Position numbers and translations under genes: made by a program
Part shown: piece after piece, positions 28,927 to 43,476 of the stretch
Layout of the letters: every line of letters starts with the position of its first letter
Position numbering within the stretch: position 1 is the first letter of the stretch
Notes under the pieces: generated by a model
What the model saw: the letters and a program-made list of their open reading frames with translations, nothing else
The model's database searches: none
Told to the model about the DNA's origin: nothing
Source: Bigelowiella natans CCMP2755
Lineage: Eukaryota; Protista; Cercozoa
Direction: 5' to 3'
DNA: 64,000 bases
Assembly (NCBI GenBank): GCA_000320545.1
Contig: ADNK01001727.1
Coordinates: forward strand, 38,271 to 102,270

Positions 28927-29149
28927 GTTGATTTTGCGACATGACTACGACTACTATTTGTTACTGCTACTTCTATATGAGTTCGACTTGTACTTGTACT
29001 TGTACAAAGACTTTATGCAACGTGGTGCTGGGCCTTCTGGCTGCTAAAAAGCATCAAACTGTACTCGCAATATTGGCCAAGGTAATAATAATCTTTTAGG
29101 AGGGAATACAGAATAACAGACTTCTACTCTGCTGCTGCTGTTGTACCCT

Positions 29150-29187
<38 letters not shown>

Positions 29188-29592
29188 CGAAGATGCATGC
29201 TGATGTGCTGTGCTGTGTAAAACTGTGTTATGCGTAGTAGTAAGTACGATGATAGGTTGTCCTTCGTAGCCAAACAACAGATATATTTGTTTCACATTTC
29301 TGCTACTATCTTATCATACCGCACACACGGTGTTCTTCCTCCAATGTCGCATCATCAATACAGGATGGTAATGGTAAGTACAGTAACGATAAGACATCTT
29401 TATTGAAAGGGGGCAATGCTCACTTCTATGCCAAGGTAGTGAATGATGATGGTGATGATGTTGGTGATGATCATGATGATGATGATGGGGACACAATATC
29501 AATCAATCGCCATTAGGGTCTTATAATCAATGATAATAGTAGTCAATCACAACAACGACAACAACATCAAATTATTTCTTTTCTTTGACGGT

Positions 29593-29635
<43 letters not shown>

Positions 29636-30225
29636 CGATGACGATTTTCAATTGAATAGTATCTTATCATGGGTGCTGTTTGTTTTGCCATATGATTTAT
29701 TCAAAATCTTATGACGACGACACAAATTGGACTTATTTTTCATAATTAATTACGGGTTGTAGCACGTGATGATCATTTTAGAAATAGTAGTTTTTATAAG
29801 GAGTAGTAGTGTTGGTTGGTATTCTTGATTTTCTCTACAGTCGCTTCTTCTCCTCATTTGATGGGATAATTAACTGCTAATTAGGCGGCTCGAGAGATAG
29901 GCAAACAGCGCAAAGCATTATTTATTGAAAGGAGTAAATCCTTCTCTCAGATGCTGCTCATTAAACAGCAAGAGCGAAGAAAAGCACAAAAACAGCACAA
30001 ACAGCAGCAGGAGCAGGGTCACGACTACACTAAAGAAGAAGGCAAATTAAATAACAACGGACAGAGCCAGCAGCCGCCTCGGAAGAGTAAGGCGGATAAG
30101 TATTCAGGTACTGTTTGTTTTGAGCAGAAAGGAAATATTCACGGGTAGCATTAGCTATGATGATTATAGCACCCCCCATTGATGGATATGTTGTGCAAAA
30201 GCAAAAACAAAACTGCTTTGAGCAG

Positions 30226-30259
<34 letters not shown>

Positions 30260-31638
30260 CCGAACTTCATTTCAAACTATTTTTGTTGGAAAAGTGAGTA
30301 ATGACGAAAATGAATAGGTATATTATTTTCTCTATTTTACAGTTAATCATAATGAATTAAGTGCTTATTTATTCTCTCACCCTCCTTCTCCACCACCATC
30401 TGAATGATATACTTTTTGCTCTCTGTTTTTCTTTATTGCTGCCTCCTTCTTGTTCTTGTTCTTGTTCTTCTTCTTCTTCTTCTTCTTCTTCTTCCTCAAG
30501 ATACATTGTCACAATTGGGAAATATTTTGGTATCACGAATGCTTGAGGAAATTGATGAGGAGGAGGAGGAGGCGCTAAGTAGAGGAGGAGGAGAACACAA
30601 GTACAGCAATACATCATATCGTTTGCATCACTATCTTCAATTATCATTACCATTATAAACATCTTCCAAATTTCTCACGAGCTTCGACTGATCTTAATAA
30701 GTTGTTGATTTCCTTTAGTTTGCTCCCTAGATTGTTTCATATTGCAAGGGATATACATGTATCAATAACATCATTTATCTTTTTGCTCTAATAGTATTAA
30801 ACAGGACGTGTTTACCAATGCACTATTTGCAGTAATGGGGGGGCAAGATCACAAGGTGGTGCTTTTACCTCATAACTAATGCATGTATTGTGATAACGAC
30901 GACGATAAACATGATAGTAGCATTACTTTTGATGCTGGTTCAAGTTGAAGAACAGTTTGTTCTTAATCTGATTTATCAGCAGTATTATCAGCACTCATCA
31001 CCATTGTCATCGTCATTATCATCATAATGATTATCATCACCTTTATCATCACCCTCCTCCTGCTGATGCTGCTGCTAAAATAGTGCTTGAGTCGTCTCCC
31101 TTGTTCTTCGTTCTTTGTTTTTCTTCTTCCTTTGATATCTTCCAGATTTGTAAATCCTTGATCGATAAGATATGCCAACAAGGATTGGGGTACTACGCAC
31201 TACTACCAAGCCATATATATATTCCTTCGTTGGTGATGATACGGATAATGTGGTGGCAATGTCTGTTTAACAGCAACAAAGCCAGCATTTTCTTTATTCT
31301 CTCCCCCACCCCCTCTCCCCCCCTCTCTTTCTCACTTTCTCTCTCTCTCACCCCCCCCAAAAAAACGTTGGTTGTTCCATGCCAAGAATAATGGTACCTT
31401 TGTTGGTTGACCGTGTTGATATGCCTCCATGATTTGTTATCTTGTTACCCTGCTGTTTGATTCTTCTGAAGGCCAAATGCAATCCGAGGAATATTTTCCG
31501 CTTATGAAATGGCGGTGAGAATTGCCAGTAGGCGATCATGATAATGATCACGAGGATGATGATGATAAAACAATGTATTGATAGTATTTGCATCGATTTA
31601 TCACTAGCTACCATCCATGATAGCTGTTACTCATTTCA

Positions 31639-31681
<43 letters not shown>

Positions 31682-32407
31682 GCATGCTTATCAATTTTTC
31701 TTCCCTCACTGAATTGTTACTCTTGTTACCTGTGATAGGATAAGTGTGAGGAGGCCTTCTCCTTCTTGTCACAGCTTGAGGATGAGAGTAATTTTAATAC
31801 CAACAATTCCCTCTTCTTTTTCCTTTTCTTTCCATTGTTGTGTACCACATCACCATCATCATCATCCTCATCGATTCAGTTCCAATCGTGCACTTGATAG
31901 ACCGATCCATCTTTGACATACACTGATGGCCAACAACTGCTGTTTTGTAATGAAAACAATAGATATCAAGATTCCCCCTATGTGCTATGAGTCTGTCATA
32001 AGATGTGCTGGTACTACATAATAACAATAATAATAACAATAGTAATAATAGTAATAATGATAATAAGTAGAAGAATTAACCACATAGAAGACTAGTAACA
32101 ACAAAAACAAAGAAGAACAAAGAAATGAAGGAGAAGAAAATTAAGAAAAGTAAGTAGAAAAGGCCAACAGCTGCATTATTATCATGATTCCCTCCTTAAT
32201 CTTGAAAGAAGGATATATGTAATAACAGAGAAAACACTTACAATAACAGCACCTCTTTGGGGTGAGAACTTACTATATATCGAAGGATGGTGGCAAAAGA
32301 CTTCAGCGTTCCTTTTGTTTATGATTTTCTTCTTCCTCGCCACGTTGTTATGATAATTAATAAGGGTTTCTTGGTCAACTTGATATCTGCGTGCAAGCAA
32401 GTCACAG

Positions 32408-32441
<34 letters not shown>

Positions 32442-33723
32442 GGAGGAGGAGGGAGGGGGAGAGGAAAAGGAAGTGAAGGAGGAGAAGCAGTTGTAAGAAT
32501 TATTCTAGACGATAATACCATATTAGGCACTATCATTTCCTCCTCCTATCCCTTCTTCTTCTTCTTCTTCTTCTTCTTCTTCTTTACGACTTCTTCTTTC
32601 TCAGGTTTATTGCGAGTGGATATGAGCTTGGAGGCAAGCAAATCATCAGCACACTTAGGGCATGTGCCCTTACTGGTACTAAATAGTAGTGGCGGTGGTA
32701 GTGTTGTTGATAATAGAAGAAACCGACGAACGCAGCTAGAAGAGAAGATAGGGAAAGTATTCCCCTTTTATCATCATCATCATCATAACACTCTTCATCT
32801 TTTATCATCATCATAATCAGGCGAACCAACTTTGAGCTCGCACCTGTTATCGGAGTTGTCGTTGGAATATCACAATGGAGAGCCATTGCAAACGCCTCTG
32901 CCTTACGCGATGCACATTATCGCATGCTTTCAGGCAGGGGCTATACAAGAAGGCCTTGAGTGCCTCGAGACAGCATCAGAAGCTAATAATGTACATTTCC
33001 AAGTGCAGCACCTGCTTGATATGCTAACTGCATTGAAACCTGTCGGTAGTGAAGAAAAGGAGAAAAGGAAGAAAGAGGCGACGATCACATCGATTATAGA
33101 AAAGATAATGACCAAATCCAAAGTCCGTGTTAATAGTAGTAGTAGTAGTAGTAGTATTCGTAACACGAGAAGCATGGATAATAAGCAGGACAATACAAGT
33201 AGTAGTTGTATAAACCAGGCAGAAATCGTAAAAATGGCAGCATCTGTCTTAGTCGCCTACGATGAACTACATGCTGCTAAGAGGATGATGTTAAATCAAT
33301 CAAAAGAACTACCCTACTCCTCCTCATCCTCTCCTTCCTCCTCCTCAATACAAGAAAAGGATGTGATACGGGAGCTCAAATCCGCCATTAAGGGCGTTAT
33401 ATCTGCAGAAGTCCTCGAGGAGAAAGTTGCGGCTGTGTTTGATGCTTTTGGAATTACTAGCAGCAACGGTAGTAGTAATAGTACAAAGGGCAGCGTGAAG
33501 ATGAGCACTACCCTGCTAACATCACTTCTAAATACATATCTTGCGGATAAGCACTATAAGGCTGTGGAGGCTAAATTTCTTGATTTCGAGAGGTATGGGT
33601 TGCGACCTGATGCTTACGCGTTCTCTGTTCTAATGGGTGTTGCGCGTGGAGAGAAGAACTATCATAAACGTGCACAAAAAGCAAATCAAGTGCTGACACT
33701 CATGGAAGAGTCCAAGTATACTA

Positions 33724-33754
<31 letters not shown>

Positions 33755-34943
33755 AGATGATTATCACTCACATCGTAGTACCCAGGATCTAGATTACGTG
33801 CCATATGTACAAGCACTCAAGTTCAGCATTCCACAGAAAGACGACTTCCTACATTTAGAACAAGACAAAAAACATATCAATAACAGTGGCTCAGTACCAT
33901 CATCATCATCATCATCCTTACGGTACTACTACCCTGATCTAAGTCCTCTATGCATATTGGAGAGGATGGAGAAGCATGGTCTCACACCTAACGAAGAAGT
34001 AATCATAAATGCAATAAAGGCGTGCAGATATCTACCAATAGATCACGAAGAAGAAGAAGAAGGCTCGTCCCCAATCATTATTGACCAAAACAGTGTTGCT
34101 GAGGCAATATTGGTTAAAATGGAGTCATACGGTATCCCTGCGACATACCCCATTCTTCATGCCCTGCTTGAGTTATACGCAGGGGGGACCACAAAGAGAA
34201 ACAACAGTAGCACCAACCGAGCAGCAATAGGAGGAGGAGGAGGAGGAGGAGGAGGAGAAGGAGGACCAATAGGCCAACAAGAAAAAGCCGAAGAAATATT
34301 CCGCTTGATGTCACAACAAGACAGTGCAAGTAGTGGTAATTCGTCTTCGTCATCGTTGTCGTGTATCAGACCTATAGACTTCCATCTAGTAGCAAAAGCA
34401 GGCAGAGAGACTGGCGATGTGAAACACGTAGAGAAGTGGGCCGAGCTTTTACAAGATCATGGATTTTCTATCGATAGACAGTTTTACCTTACGATTTTGA
34501 ACACGTTCTCCAATTCAAAAGACCCAGAAGGCATGGCAGCTTGGCTTCAAAGAGCCAAAAGTGATGGAATGCTGACTGCCAAAGAATTTGCAAGATACTT
34601 CAATATCGTTGCTGTTAAGATGGCACTACACGACAAAAATTTAGAGGGTTTTTATGAGGTTGCTACAGCGATTGTTGACCTAAAGTCAGATAACCTCAAA
34701 AGCTCAAGTGCTAACATCATGCTCGAGGCTACTCAGCACGTTAAAGGGGATAAGGAGGCCATCCATTTTTTTAAGAAAGTTTATTTCATTGCAGACCCGA
34801 AAAACACCGTAGTGGGTAGAGTAGCAACCGTTAATAGGAAAACAGTTGAGTATTTGATCAAGAGCTTTGGTAGAGATCATTCTAAAGTATTGCTGCAAGA
34901 AACCAACAATTGTCCAAACCAATGGCAGGATATGTTATCGTGA
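26792..34943 (+). CDS. Pentatricopeptide-repeat (PPR) protein, probably organelle-targeted; many small exons plus a 2.1 kb last exon (32821-34943)
   Basis: Arg/Ser/Ala-rich, acid-poor N-terminus (MMWRRGSFKHLSSSMCRVAAQ...AAWYSTMR). Spliced ~35-aa repeats AFHR|LITGAARFYEPDRAL|IWLEKMQEAGYTVSRGQ|HNIVINAFAKK. Last exon has LLTSLLNTYLADKHYKAVEAKFLDFERYGLRPDAYAFSVLMGVA, MEKHGLTPNEEVIINAIKAC and LQDHGFSIDRQFYLTILNTFS. Middle exons only partly resolved. Confidence 0.82.
27944..28130. repeat. Tandem duplication, 2 x ~92 bp, near-identical, in a PPR gene intron
   Basis: ttattgtagttgtaattatcattat...ggacgatctctcttcacaacaaaggaggcttgagccatctatctgta.cataagc occurs twice in tandem. Confidence 0.9.
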
Positions 34944-35648
34944 TGGTTGATTAATATTAATCATCCCATGCATCCAAGAATTATGATGGAATGCTCAGCT
35001 AGTCAGAGCTCTAATACAAGAATTGCATACAAATCGATCCATCATCGTGTACATGCCATGACTGCGTAGTGCATCTGCGAGCTATCTGTATTTTGATGTA
35101 CACATAGAGCCATAGTTTTCACCTTAATCTATCTGTTGCTGAAACATTAAATGCTGCCGATGCTGTGCACATGTGTAGATGTGCATGGATCAAAACGCAT
35201 CTTTTGATTTACACACATTTGTGCTTGACAAGATTCACCGCATTGAGAATAATAATTATGCACTCACTACTGGCATTTTAAAAGGCTAGAAGGCTCAGCA
35301 TGTGATTATGCAACATGTATAACATTAGTTTGTCCGTTATTATTGTGTCAGTCAGAGATATTTGAGACGTATGCAATAAAGTTGATAAACATTTTCAATG
35401 GTCATCCTGATGCAGCTATGCGAAGCAGTCTGGAAATATGAGACGGATGTAATGACATACTTTACATTGTTTAATGGCATTGTTCAATGGCCCATCATAA
35501 TGTAGCTATGCAAAGCAGCGGCCACAGCGCTTAGGTTGTATCTGCTTGTTTCGTGGCATATGTAATAAGGGCTACAACTACGCAATAAGCACTTTATATA
35601 AGATGGTGTCTATCATATGCATATATTCTAAATTGATATCAGTCGCCA

Positions 35649-38554
35649 TCAGCAAGTTGGGGGATAACTAACTTCAGAAGCAACACTCCAATCGTTTGCC
35701 CAAAACCCTGCTGCTAAAATTCCTCCTGCTCCGCTGGAAAGCACGGAGCCATCCACGACGACATAGTCCGGAACTTGATTAGCGAAGGGGGCCCTCATCA
35801 TGGGGGGTATTGTTGGCTGAGCAAGTTTCATGATATGACGTAGACCTTTGCTATCTGTTCCCGCAATGACGAGATTCAACATGGAAGTATGATGCGTTTC
35901 ATCCCAATCAGCTATGAAGAGAAGGACCCCAATTCCGGGGCCAAGGAACTTGCAGTTTCCAATCCTTATGCCGCTTAAAACATATTCATCTTCTTGCGGC
36001 TCTGCGTTGTCCTTCTTGTTGTCCCCCTCCCCCACAGCAACTTCGGTTTTGTTTCGTTTGGTCATCATTTTGTCATCAAAATCAAAATACACAGGAGGGT
36101 AGCGACCTACAAACACATTCATTAACAACGCTATCAGAAACAGTTGCGGTAAAGAAGACAACACCATTAACACTGCTATGGCTGTTCACGTATGCTAAAG
36201 GTGATATCGAAGCACAATATATGACCTTGTTGGGTATTCATTCTGCGAAATAATGCCTCTGTGGCTTGGTTTTGACGAGGATGACCGATGAGAATACGAT
36301 TATACGATGAAGCAGAGAAGGACGATGATGACGACGATGATGATGATGATGGTGGTGAATTAGACATTGGATGTTGTGAGAATAATGAGGTAACGTTTTG
36401 CAGTTGCAGGTCGGTTATTATCGGCGACTTGGTGCCTGTGCTGGTTTTGTGAGTATTAGATATGTAGAGAGCAGCAGCAAGAAGGTCTTCCTGGCCTGAT
36501 CCAGGAATAGTCAAGAATGGCGACGAGAATACTTCTCGAGCAGGTCCATAGGTTCCAGGCTATTTATTTCAGGTAGTAGGATATAACGAACAAGCAGCAC
36601 ATTTCACATTCTGATATAATAGATAGGGTTAGTGAAGTGTGTATCTATGGTATTTCATTTGTGAAGGGTCAGGTACTTCCTCATCATCATCATCATCATC
36701 ATTATCATCATTGGTATTAGCTCTAGCATTAGCAGCATTTGAGTTGATGAGTATCGTCGATGATGATGATATGATGTGATTCCATCATTACTCCTCTTTC
36801 TTTTTGCTGAAAAGGAAAAGCTCTTTTATCATCCAGTATCTCAATATATGATGATTCCTTTTCTTCCTTCTTGATCGTATAGTAATTATCTTTGTCATCA
36901 CAAGCTTTCCATGGTCCAGATTCTTGACCTCCTCCTCCTCCTCCTGCTCCTGCTGCTGCTGCTGATGCATATTCCACCGTATAATCTAATCCTGTATAAA
37001 ATGTTTCCATATTTGTCCATTTATCAGGAAAAAGAAAAGGAGGAAACACATGTATGTGCGTAATCTCCTTATCCTTCCTCAAATCAAAGATACTTTATCA
37101 TCATCATCATCATCATCATCATCATTCATAAAAGATATATGGCAGATTCCAAGAAGGAAACCCTAGCCTGACTCATTCATTATGTTGATTTCATTCCTCA
37201 CTGTTCTTCTACTATATCCCCATGATCGTACCATAACAAACGTCTGCATCATCGCCATCGTTGTCGTTGTCCATCTCCTCCACCAGCCCCCCCCCCCTCC
37301 CATTGTGCTTGCCCGGTGCTACTGTTACTCCTACTGGGTCTATATTGTGCTCGGAATCATCCCCCTCTTGCTCTTTATCTTCCTCTTCAGAAGAAGAAGA
37401 AGAAGAAGAAGAAGAAGATGATGATGATAATGGTGGTGATGTGAGACAATTAAAATTCCGACATATTTCCCGCACTACTCTCCATGATGGTTGCGGCAAT
37501 GATGATGATGGTGGTGATGAAGAGGAGGAGGAGGAGGAGTCGGAGTCGGAGGAGGAGGAGTCGGAGAAGTAGACCCTTGTTATTTGATCGTCTATGATGA
37601 TAAAGCAGGCTCCTGGAGAATCACACAATCTATACCGAGAAGAGGTAATTCCAGCCTCTATGCGCAATCTTGCTACATTTCGAGTTACTAATCGTGGTAA
37701 GGAGGAATTAAAGATAAAACGCACAGAAGACATCTGGAACGGAACCATTTGCTGCAAAATGCGAACTCCAAACTTGGACCCACTTGAAGCTAGTTATATC
37801 ATCGATAAAGAGGATTAGATGGGGGGGAGGGAACACGGGTGAGTAAGTAGTAATATATATTTGTACATACGAATTTAAATTAATTTTAGGAGAAACAGGA
37901 AGGATAAGTAAATAATAAATATTACCTGGATTGAAGACTGTGAGTGTAAACTCATCATCATCTGCATTCTTAGTAACACTGCGAGAAGCAGCAGCATCAG
38001 CAGCCAGCGATTTGGAAAAGAATTTTCGCATATATGCATCGTTAAGCACTCCGCCATCATTACTGCGTTTTGAATCCCACCACCAATGAGCTTTTCCTTT
38101 TAACTCGTTGTATGTTACATTCACACCATGTGCTATTAAAACACGCACCATCCTCCTGACTTCATATGGCGGTACAGATCGATCTTGTGAGCCTACTCGA
38201 GCCAATACTGGAATACCCTTAAGATTTCCAGCGAAGATGTCGGCATTGTTTTCTGTGAAAGTGGCCTCTAACACGCCTTTCAGCTTTGGATCAACAAATG
38301 AACCAGAAATATCATGTTTGAAAAATCTGATAGACGTGAAGAAGGAAGCACGGGAAGGACAGAGACAGAGGGGGGGGGGGGTGGGGGTAGAGTTGATAAG
38401 GACAATAATCAACTAGCGTGTGTTTGATTCTTTAAGAGGAGGCAAACATATTGAATTCTCTGTTTCTGTTCCTTTTGATCTCCTTGTTCTTCTTCCTCTT
38501 CTCCTCAATTCGTGTGACCGAGCCATAGTGGTGTTATTATTACTGTTATTACTA

Positions 38555-38586
<32 letters not shown>

Positions 38587-39321
38587 CCCACTACTACCTG
38601 TTTGAGTCTCCATAGTGCTCCTTTTTAATCCATCCAGCTGCAGAGGCTACCGCAATGGCCCTATCAGGGTTATGAGCAGCTATATGCCAAGTGCCATGTC
38701 CTCCCATTGAATGACCGGCAAATATCACTCTCTTTGTATCTGGCAGAGAACCAATACCTTGTTGCAATGATGCTGGAATTGCCCCCTGCTCTCCATAGAA
38801 GATGAAGAAGAAAATCAAGAATATTCAGACTACTATTGTGGAAAGAAATCAAGCTCATTCGAAAAGAAGTCGGAGATTCATAAGAGAGAACAACATCTAC
38901 TACTACTTGACACTACTACTACTACAACTACCTCAAGAGCATGCAATGCCGACAAAGCTGATAGATATCCAGTGTATTCCCAGTTATGAGCTCCGTGTCG
39001 TGTGGGGGCTAATACCCAAGCTTGGTTGACTCCAAAGATATAATATCGATCATGGTTTGTTTGTTTGTACTTGTACGAATCAGCTTGCATCGATGCTGCC
39101 ACCCCAGTACCATGTTGTGACAGCACCGTAGGTAATCGTGGTAGTGGTGGTGGTAGTAGCTCTATGAAAGAAGAAGAAGAAGCAGTAGAAGAAGAAGAAG
39201 AAGTGAGGAACATGATGATGATGATGATGATGATAGTTGGAGGAGGAGTAGATGTGCATTATCGTATGGTGAAGGTATCAATTGTGCTTCATGAATGCAT
39301 GAATGCGTAAATGCATGCATG

Positions 39322-39361
<40 letters not shown>

Positions 39362-39379
39362 GTTGAGATAGATAAAACG

Positions 39380-39423
<44 letters not shown>

Positions 39424-40280
39424 ATTGGGTACTACGCAACCATCCTCAGTGTGAAAGCGGGGAGGAGGGGAAGGAGGAGGAGAAGGAGGAGAAGGCGGGA
39501 ACAGAAACTCGTAGTTCTCTCCGTTAGAATTATTAATAAATCATCTGATGCAATATCATGCCTCCATTATATTCACCTTCAGTTTGTTTGTCTTTGCTGC
39601 CGTGTGTTGCCTCTGCCTGCTCCTTTTTCTTCCCCCCCCCTCTATGTGATGAAAGAGGGGTGATAGCAGCAGCTTGTGATACGGTGCCGTCGTGATCCAT
39701 AAATGTGAAGAGGAAACTCTGTCTTGTCGTTCTACATCGAAAGGAAAGGGTAACCTTTTGATTCATGATATGACCGATATTGTCTGTATCAACAGCAGTT
39801 CCATCCTCTGAAATCACATTCGCCACTCGTAGTCTAAGCTGTATTTGCAAAGGGCATTTTGATCTATCGATTCCAACATCCTTCTCGTCATTATCAACTT
39901 GGTCTTTGTTGTTGTCTCTATTGGCTATTAAGCGCACACGGAGGGGAATCGATGTAAATTGGCCTGGAGCAACAATGGAAGATATCCTTGACAAAGTCTA
40001 TTTAATATATATGGTCATAGGAGACGGATGCGTAAGCAACAAGTGAATAAGTGCAAAGAAGAAGAGAAGAAGAAGAAGAAGAAGGAGAAGAAGAAGAAGA
40101 AGAAGAAGATAATGATATAAACTGACCTCGACCACCAACTTGGCCCCTCCTCCCATTATTCCATCGTTGCCGTGGTCAGTGTCAGCAATGATATTATTTG
40201 TTTTTAGAGAATCTTTGGCGATACCGATTTCGTACCACAACTTACGAGGATCTTGGTTTAGTACAGGAATTGAGACTAGA

Positions 40281-40316
<36 letters not shown>

Positions 40317-41414
40317 AACGGTGATGGCAATAAGAAGAAGGGCGTTATTGGACGCTCTGGGTCTTGTATGCCTGCTGAAAGGCTGAGGAGATCTGGAGAG
40401 AACTCGGGGGCGAACAACACGATAGGACGAGTCTCGGGCTAAATAAAGAGATTTCATCAAGGATCAAGAATGATCTAACGAAGAAGGAGAAGAGAAATAA
40501 GAAGAAAGTGGTAGTGGTTGGAGCAGCATTTTGCTCGAGCACCTCTATTGATTCCACGGTTACTCTGAATGTAGTTCTCATTTTGAATCGTAACGGTACG
40601 TAAATGCGATGTAGCCCTTTCGAGAGGTAGAGGGCGTTCTTAATCCTTCCCGTCCGGAACATATCACCTTATATGCGGCATCATACAATAGCATATCATC
40701 AGAGGGAATCATTCTTAATCCTTTCTGACTATAACATATCATCTTCTATGCGCCGTACACACAATAGTATCGTATCATCATCCTATTATCACAATCATCA
40801 CCTGCGAGCATACGTTGTAGAGAATCCACGTAGCATGTTACTGCACCTGTACACCATACCGTAAAACTCCCCCCTCCTTCCTTGAGTACCACAAACTCCG
40901 AAACTGCCCACCCTTGAGCCTCTTGCGCCTCCATCGAAGAAAGGCTCTGAACGATCGAGGTCCAGTCAACATACTTTGAGTTGAATGACACCTCTACGTT
41001 ATTGCCTTCATAGCTTCTCCCCCCTCCTCCAATATCCCCACCTACTCCTTGTTGTTGTTGTTGTTTTTCCATGTGAAGTTTCTGCCAATACACTGAGCCA
41101 CCATTGACAAGCTCGCTGTAGAGCTTGGTTTTCATCTTCGCTCTTTTGCTTTTCTTTCCCTTCTGTTTGAAGGATGCCCTAAATTCTTCGAACGCCGCTT
41201 TTATTCCTCCTCCCCCTTTGTACGTGGCATCTATGGGATCCCCATCTAGCTCGTTCTTCCCTATTGCAAATGGGCCTAGGAAATACCATGCCTTTGGAGG
41301 CTTCAAATCACCTCTTACATTTCTTGTCGATGAATAAGAGATATCTGCGTTGCCCAATTGGATACTTGCAAGAATGATGCATAGCACAGCGGCGCCATCA
41401 GTCCTAGTGAGCAT
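35649..41414 (-). CDS. Secreted alpha/beta-hydrolase (peptidase S9/esterase-like), multi-exon
   Basis: Signal-peptide-like start MLTRTDGAAVLCIILASIQLGNA; WYFLGPFAIGKNELDGDP; LSQHGTGV; APTRHGAHNWEYTG; nucleophile elbow GHSMGGHG (~38698-38721); ARVGSQDRSVPP (acid); KGKAHWWWD (His); C-terminus PDYVVVD...GILAAGFWANDW. Confidence 0.88.
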
Positions 41415-41499
41415 GCACAGCAACTTGGAGGAGGCTAGGTGGGGGAGAGTCTTGCGTCGTTCGGATAAACTAGAGAATCTGTTTAGGCATTTTTTATTG

Positions 41500-41701
41500 C
41501 TTGGAATATCGTAAGTAAACACATGGTAATTGTTACCTGCGACAACGTGCAATACGCTATTTTAGAACTTAAATCACGGTAGAAACATCCTAATCAGATG
41601 CTTGGAATATCGTAAGCAAACGCATGACAATTATTCTCTGCGACAACGTGCAATACGGTAATTTAGAACTTATATCGCAGTAGAAACATCCTAATCGGAT
41701 G
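41500..41701. repeat. Tandem duplication, 2 x 101 bp, diverged, in the short divergent spacer between the hydrolase and DUF1853-like genes
   Basis: cttggaatatcgtaag...gcgacaacgtgcaatacg...tttagaactt...tagaaacatcctaatc.gatg starts at both 41500 and 41601. Confidence 0.9.
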
Positions 41702-41805
41702 CCCCTGTTCCTCCTCCCCTTCCCCTTCCCCTAGCAAGTCCTACACGTCGCGGATCGCTGTGAGCCTGCCTACCACAACATTGGCATCCTTTACTTGAGA
41801 ACGCT

Positions 41806-43432
41806 ATGATTGTACCCTCTTTCGCATGTATCGTGGCTTTGCTATCCTTCAAGCGTCTATTCTGCAGGACAGCCTATGCTAACACTCAGGTACGTACCAT
41901 TTTAGACCTGCTGCATTATCATATGTTTCTCATTTAACAAAAGTTGTAAATGCCTCTGATATAAAACCGCCTTGAATGGATAGGAGGTACTTCAAACGAT
42001 GAAAAAGGAATACTGGCAGGAGCTGGTTGAGAAATGGGAGGAGGCGGATACTAATGACGATGAGCATGAGCTTGGCAGGGGAGAAGAAGAAGAGGAAAAG
42101 AATTTGGGAAGTATGCATGTAGTAGCAGGCAGTAGTGTTATATCTAGTAGTGAGAATAGCTTCCCATTGTTCATCCTAGCTTGATTATTCTAAATATATT
42201 CGTTTCACATAAACCCCAAATTCTGTAGCCATTCCTCGTGTTGATTGTAACAAGCTTTGAGCTACTACTACTACTACGACTACTTTATAGCCTGTTTGAT
42301 TGATTGTACTGGATATTATTATAGGAGACAAAAAGCTTAGGCTTCTTTACCGTACACTCAGCTCTAAAGTAGGACTAGCATATAAATCAACTTTGACTCA
42401 TATGTGTGTTGTGTTTGTATATGCGAGAGAAAAAGAAAGGTAAGAGGGGGGAGGGAAGTGGATTGTAATGTGTCAAATTTTAAATCATTCTGGTTGTTCT
42501 ATTCTTTGTCCTTGTTCTTCATCAGGTTGTCCGAGATCTTGCATTCGCTGTCGGTAAGAATAACACCACCACTAGTCCGGTATAATAGAGGAAAGTAGAG
42601 ACTCTTGAGCACAGAATAACTCAGCCAACTAATACTTCAAAGCATGAAGTAAAAACAAGAATACTGAATTCTAAGAATGAAAATATCGACATATCTGCCC
42701 ACACGAAAGCAGTTATAGTGCAAATATGTGATAAGAGGGCCAAAAAAAGGCACACTCTTACAGTACGTACTCTCCCACCTTTTATTATTCACTCAGGAAG
42801 TGTTTCGCTCCTTGAGCCCTTGGAAATACAAGAGAAAGAGGGGACTACAATCACGCCAACAGCCTTGGTTTAGATCTAGATAAGAATACATTCTTTTTTG
42901 TGAGCAACGGAAGTCAAACTAGATGTTAAACATACATTCCATACACATCAAGGTGTTATTATGCAAACTATTTGCTATCGTTGGTAGGGGTCAATGTTAA
43001 CCTCTTGCATATTCGTCGAATTGCATGCTGTTAGGTTGGAAAATGCCTCAATTTCTTCTCGGAAAAGCAGTTAAAATGGATTTATAAGCTCGGTGCTGCT
43101 CCTCCGCCCCCTCCTCCTCTAATACCCATCTTATGTCGTCAATAATCAGATATTTTAGCTAATGTGTAGTAATAGTCTCTGCAAGTGTGTCTTCTTGCAA
43201 GCTGCGAATGAACAACACTTGGAGTATCATCATCATCATCATCATCATATTTTAAAATGCCACTTCGTTCCTGTGTTGCAAACGTCATTAGATGATGATC
43301 CAACGCCATTGTTAGAGGCCATAAGGTGCTAACGACTCAACTGTTATTTTCCATCCTTGCCCTTTTCTTCGGCTTTTTATAATACTTTAAATTCGAGACA
43401 TTGTATGTGATTACTATCATCGCAAAATACAA

Positions 43433-43476
<44 letters not shown>

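Noticed and set aside
41500-41701. 101-bp repeat as a CRISPR array or LTR pair
   Set aside because: Only two adjacent diverged copies, with no spacers, cas genes, internal domain or target-site duplication; the context is eukaryotic.
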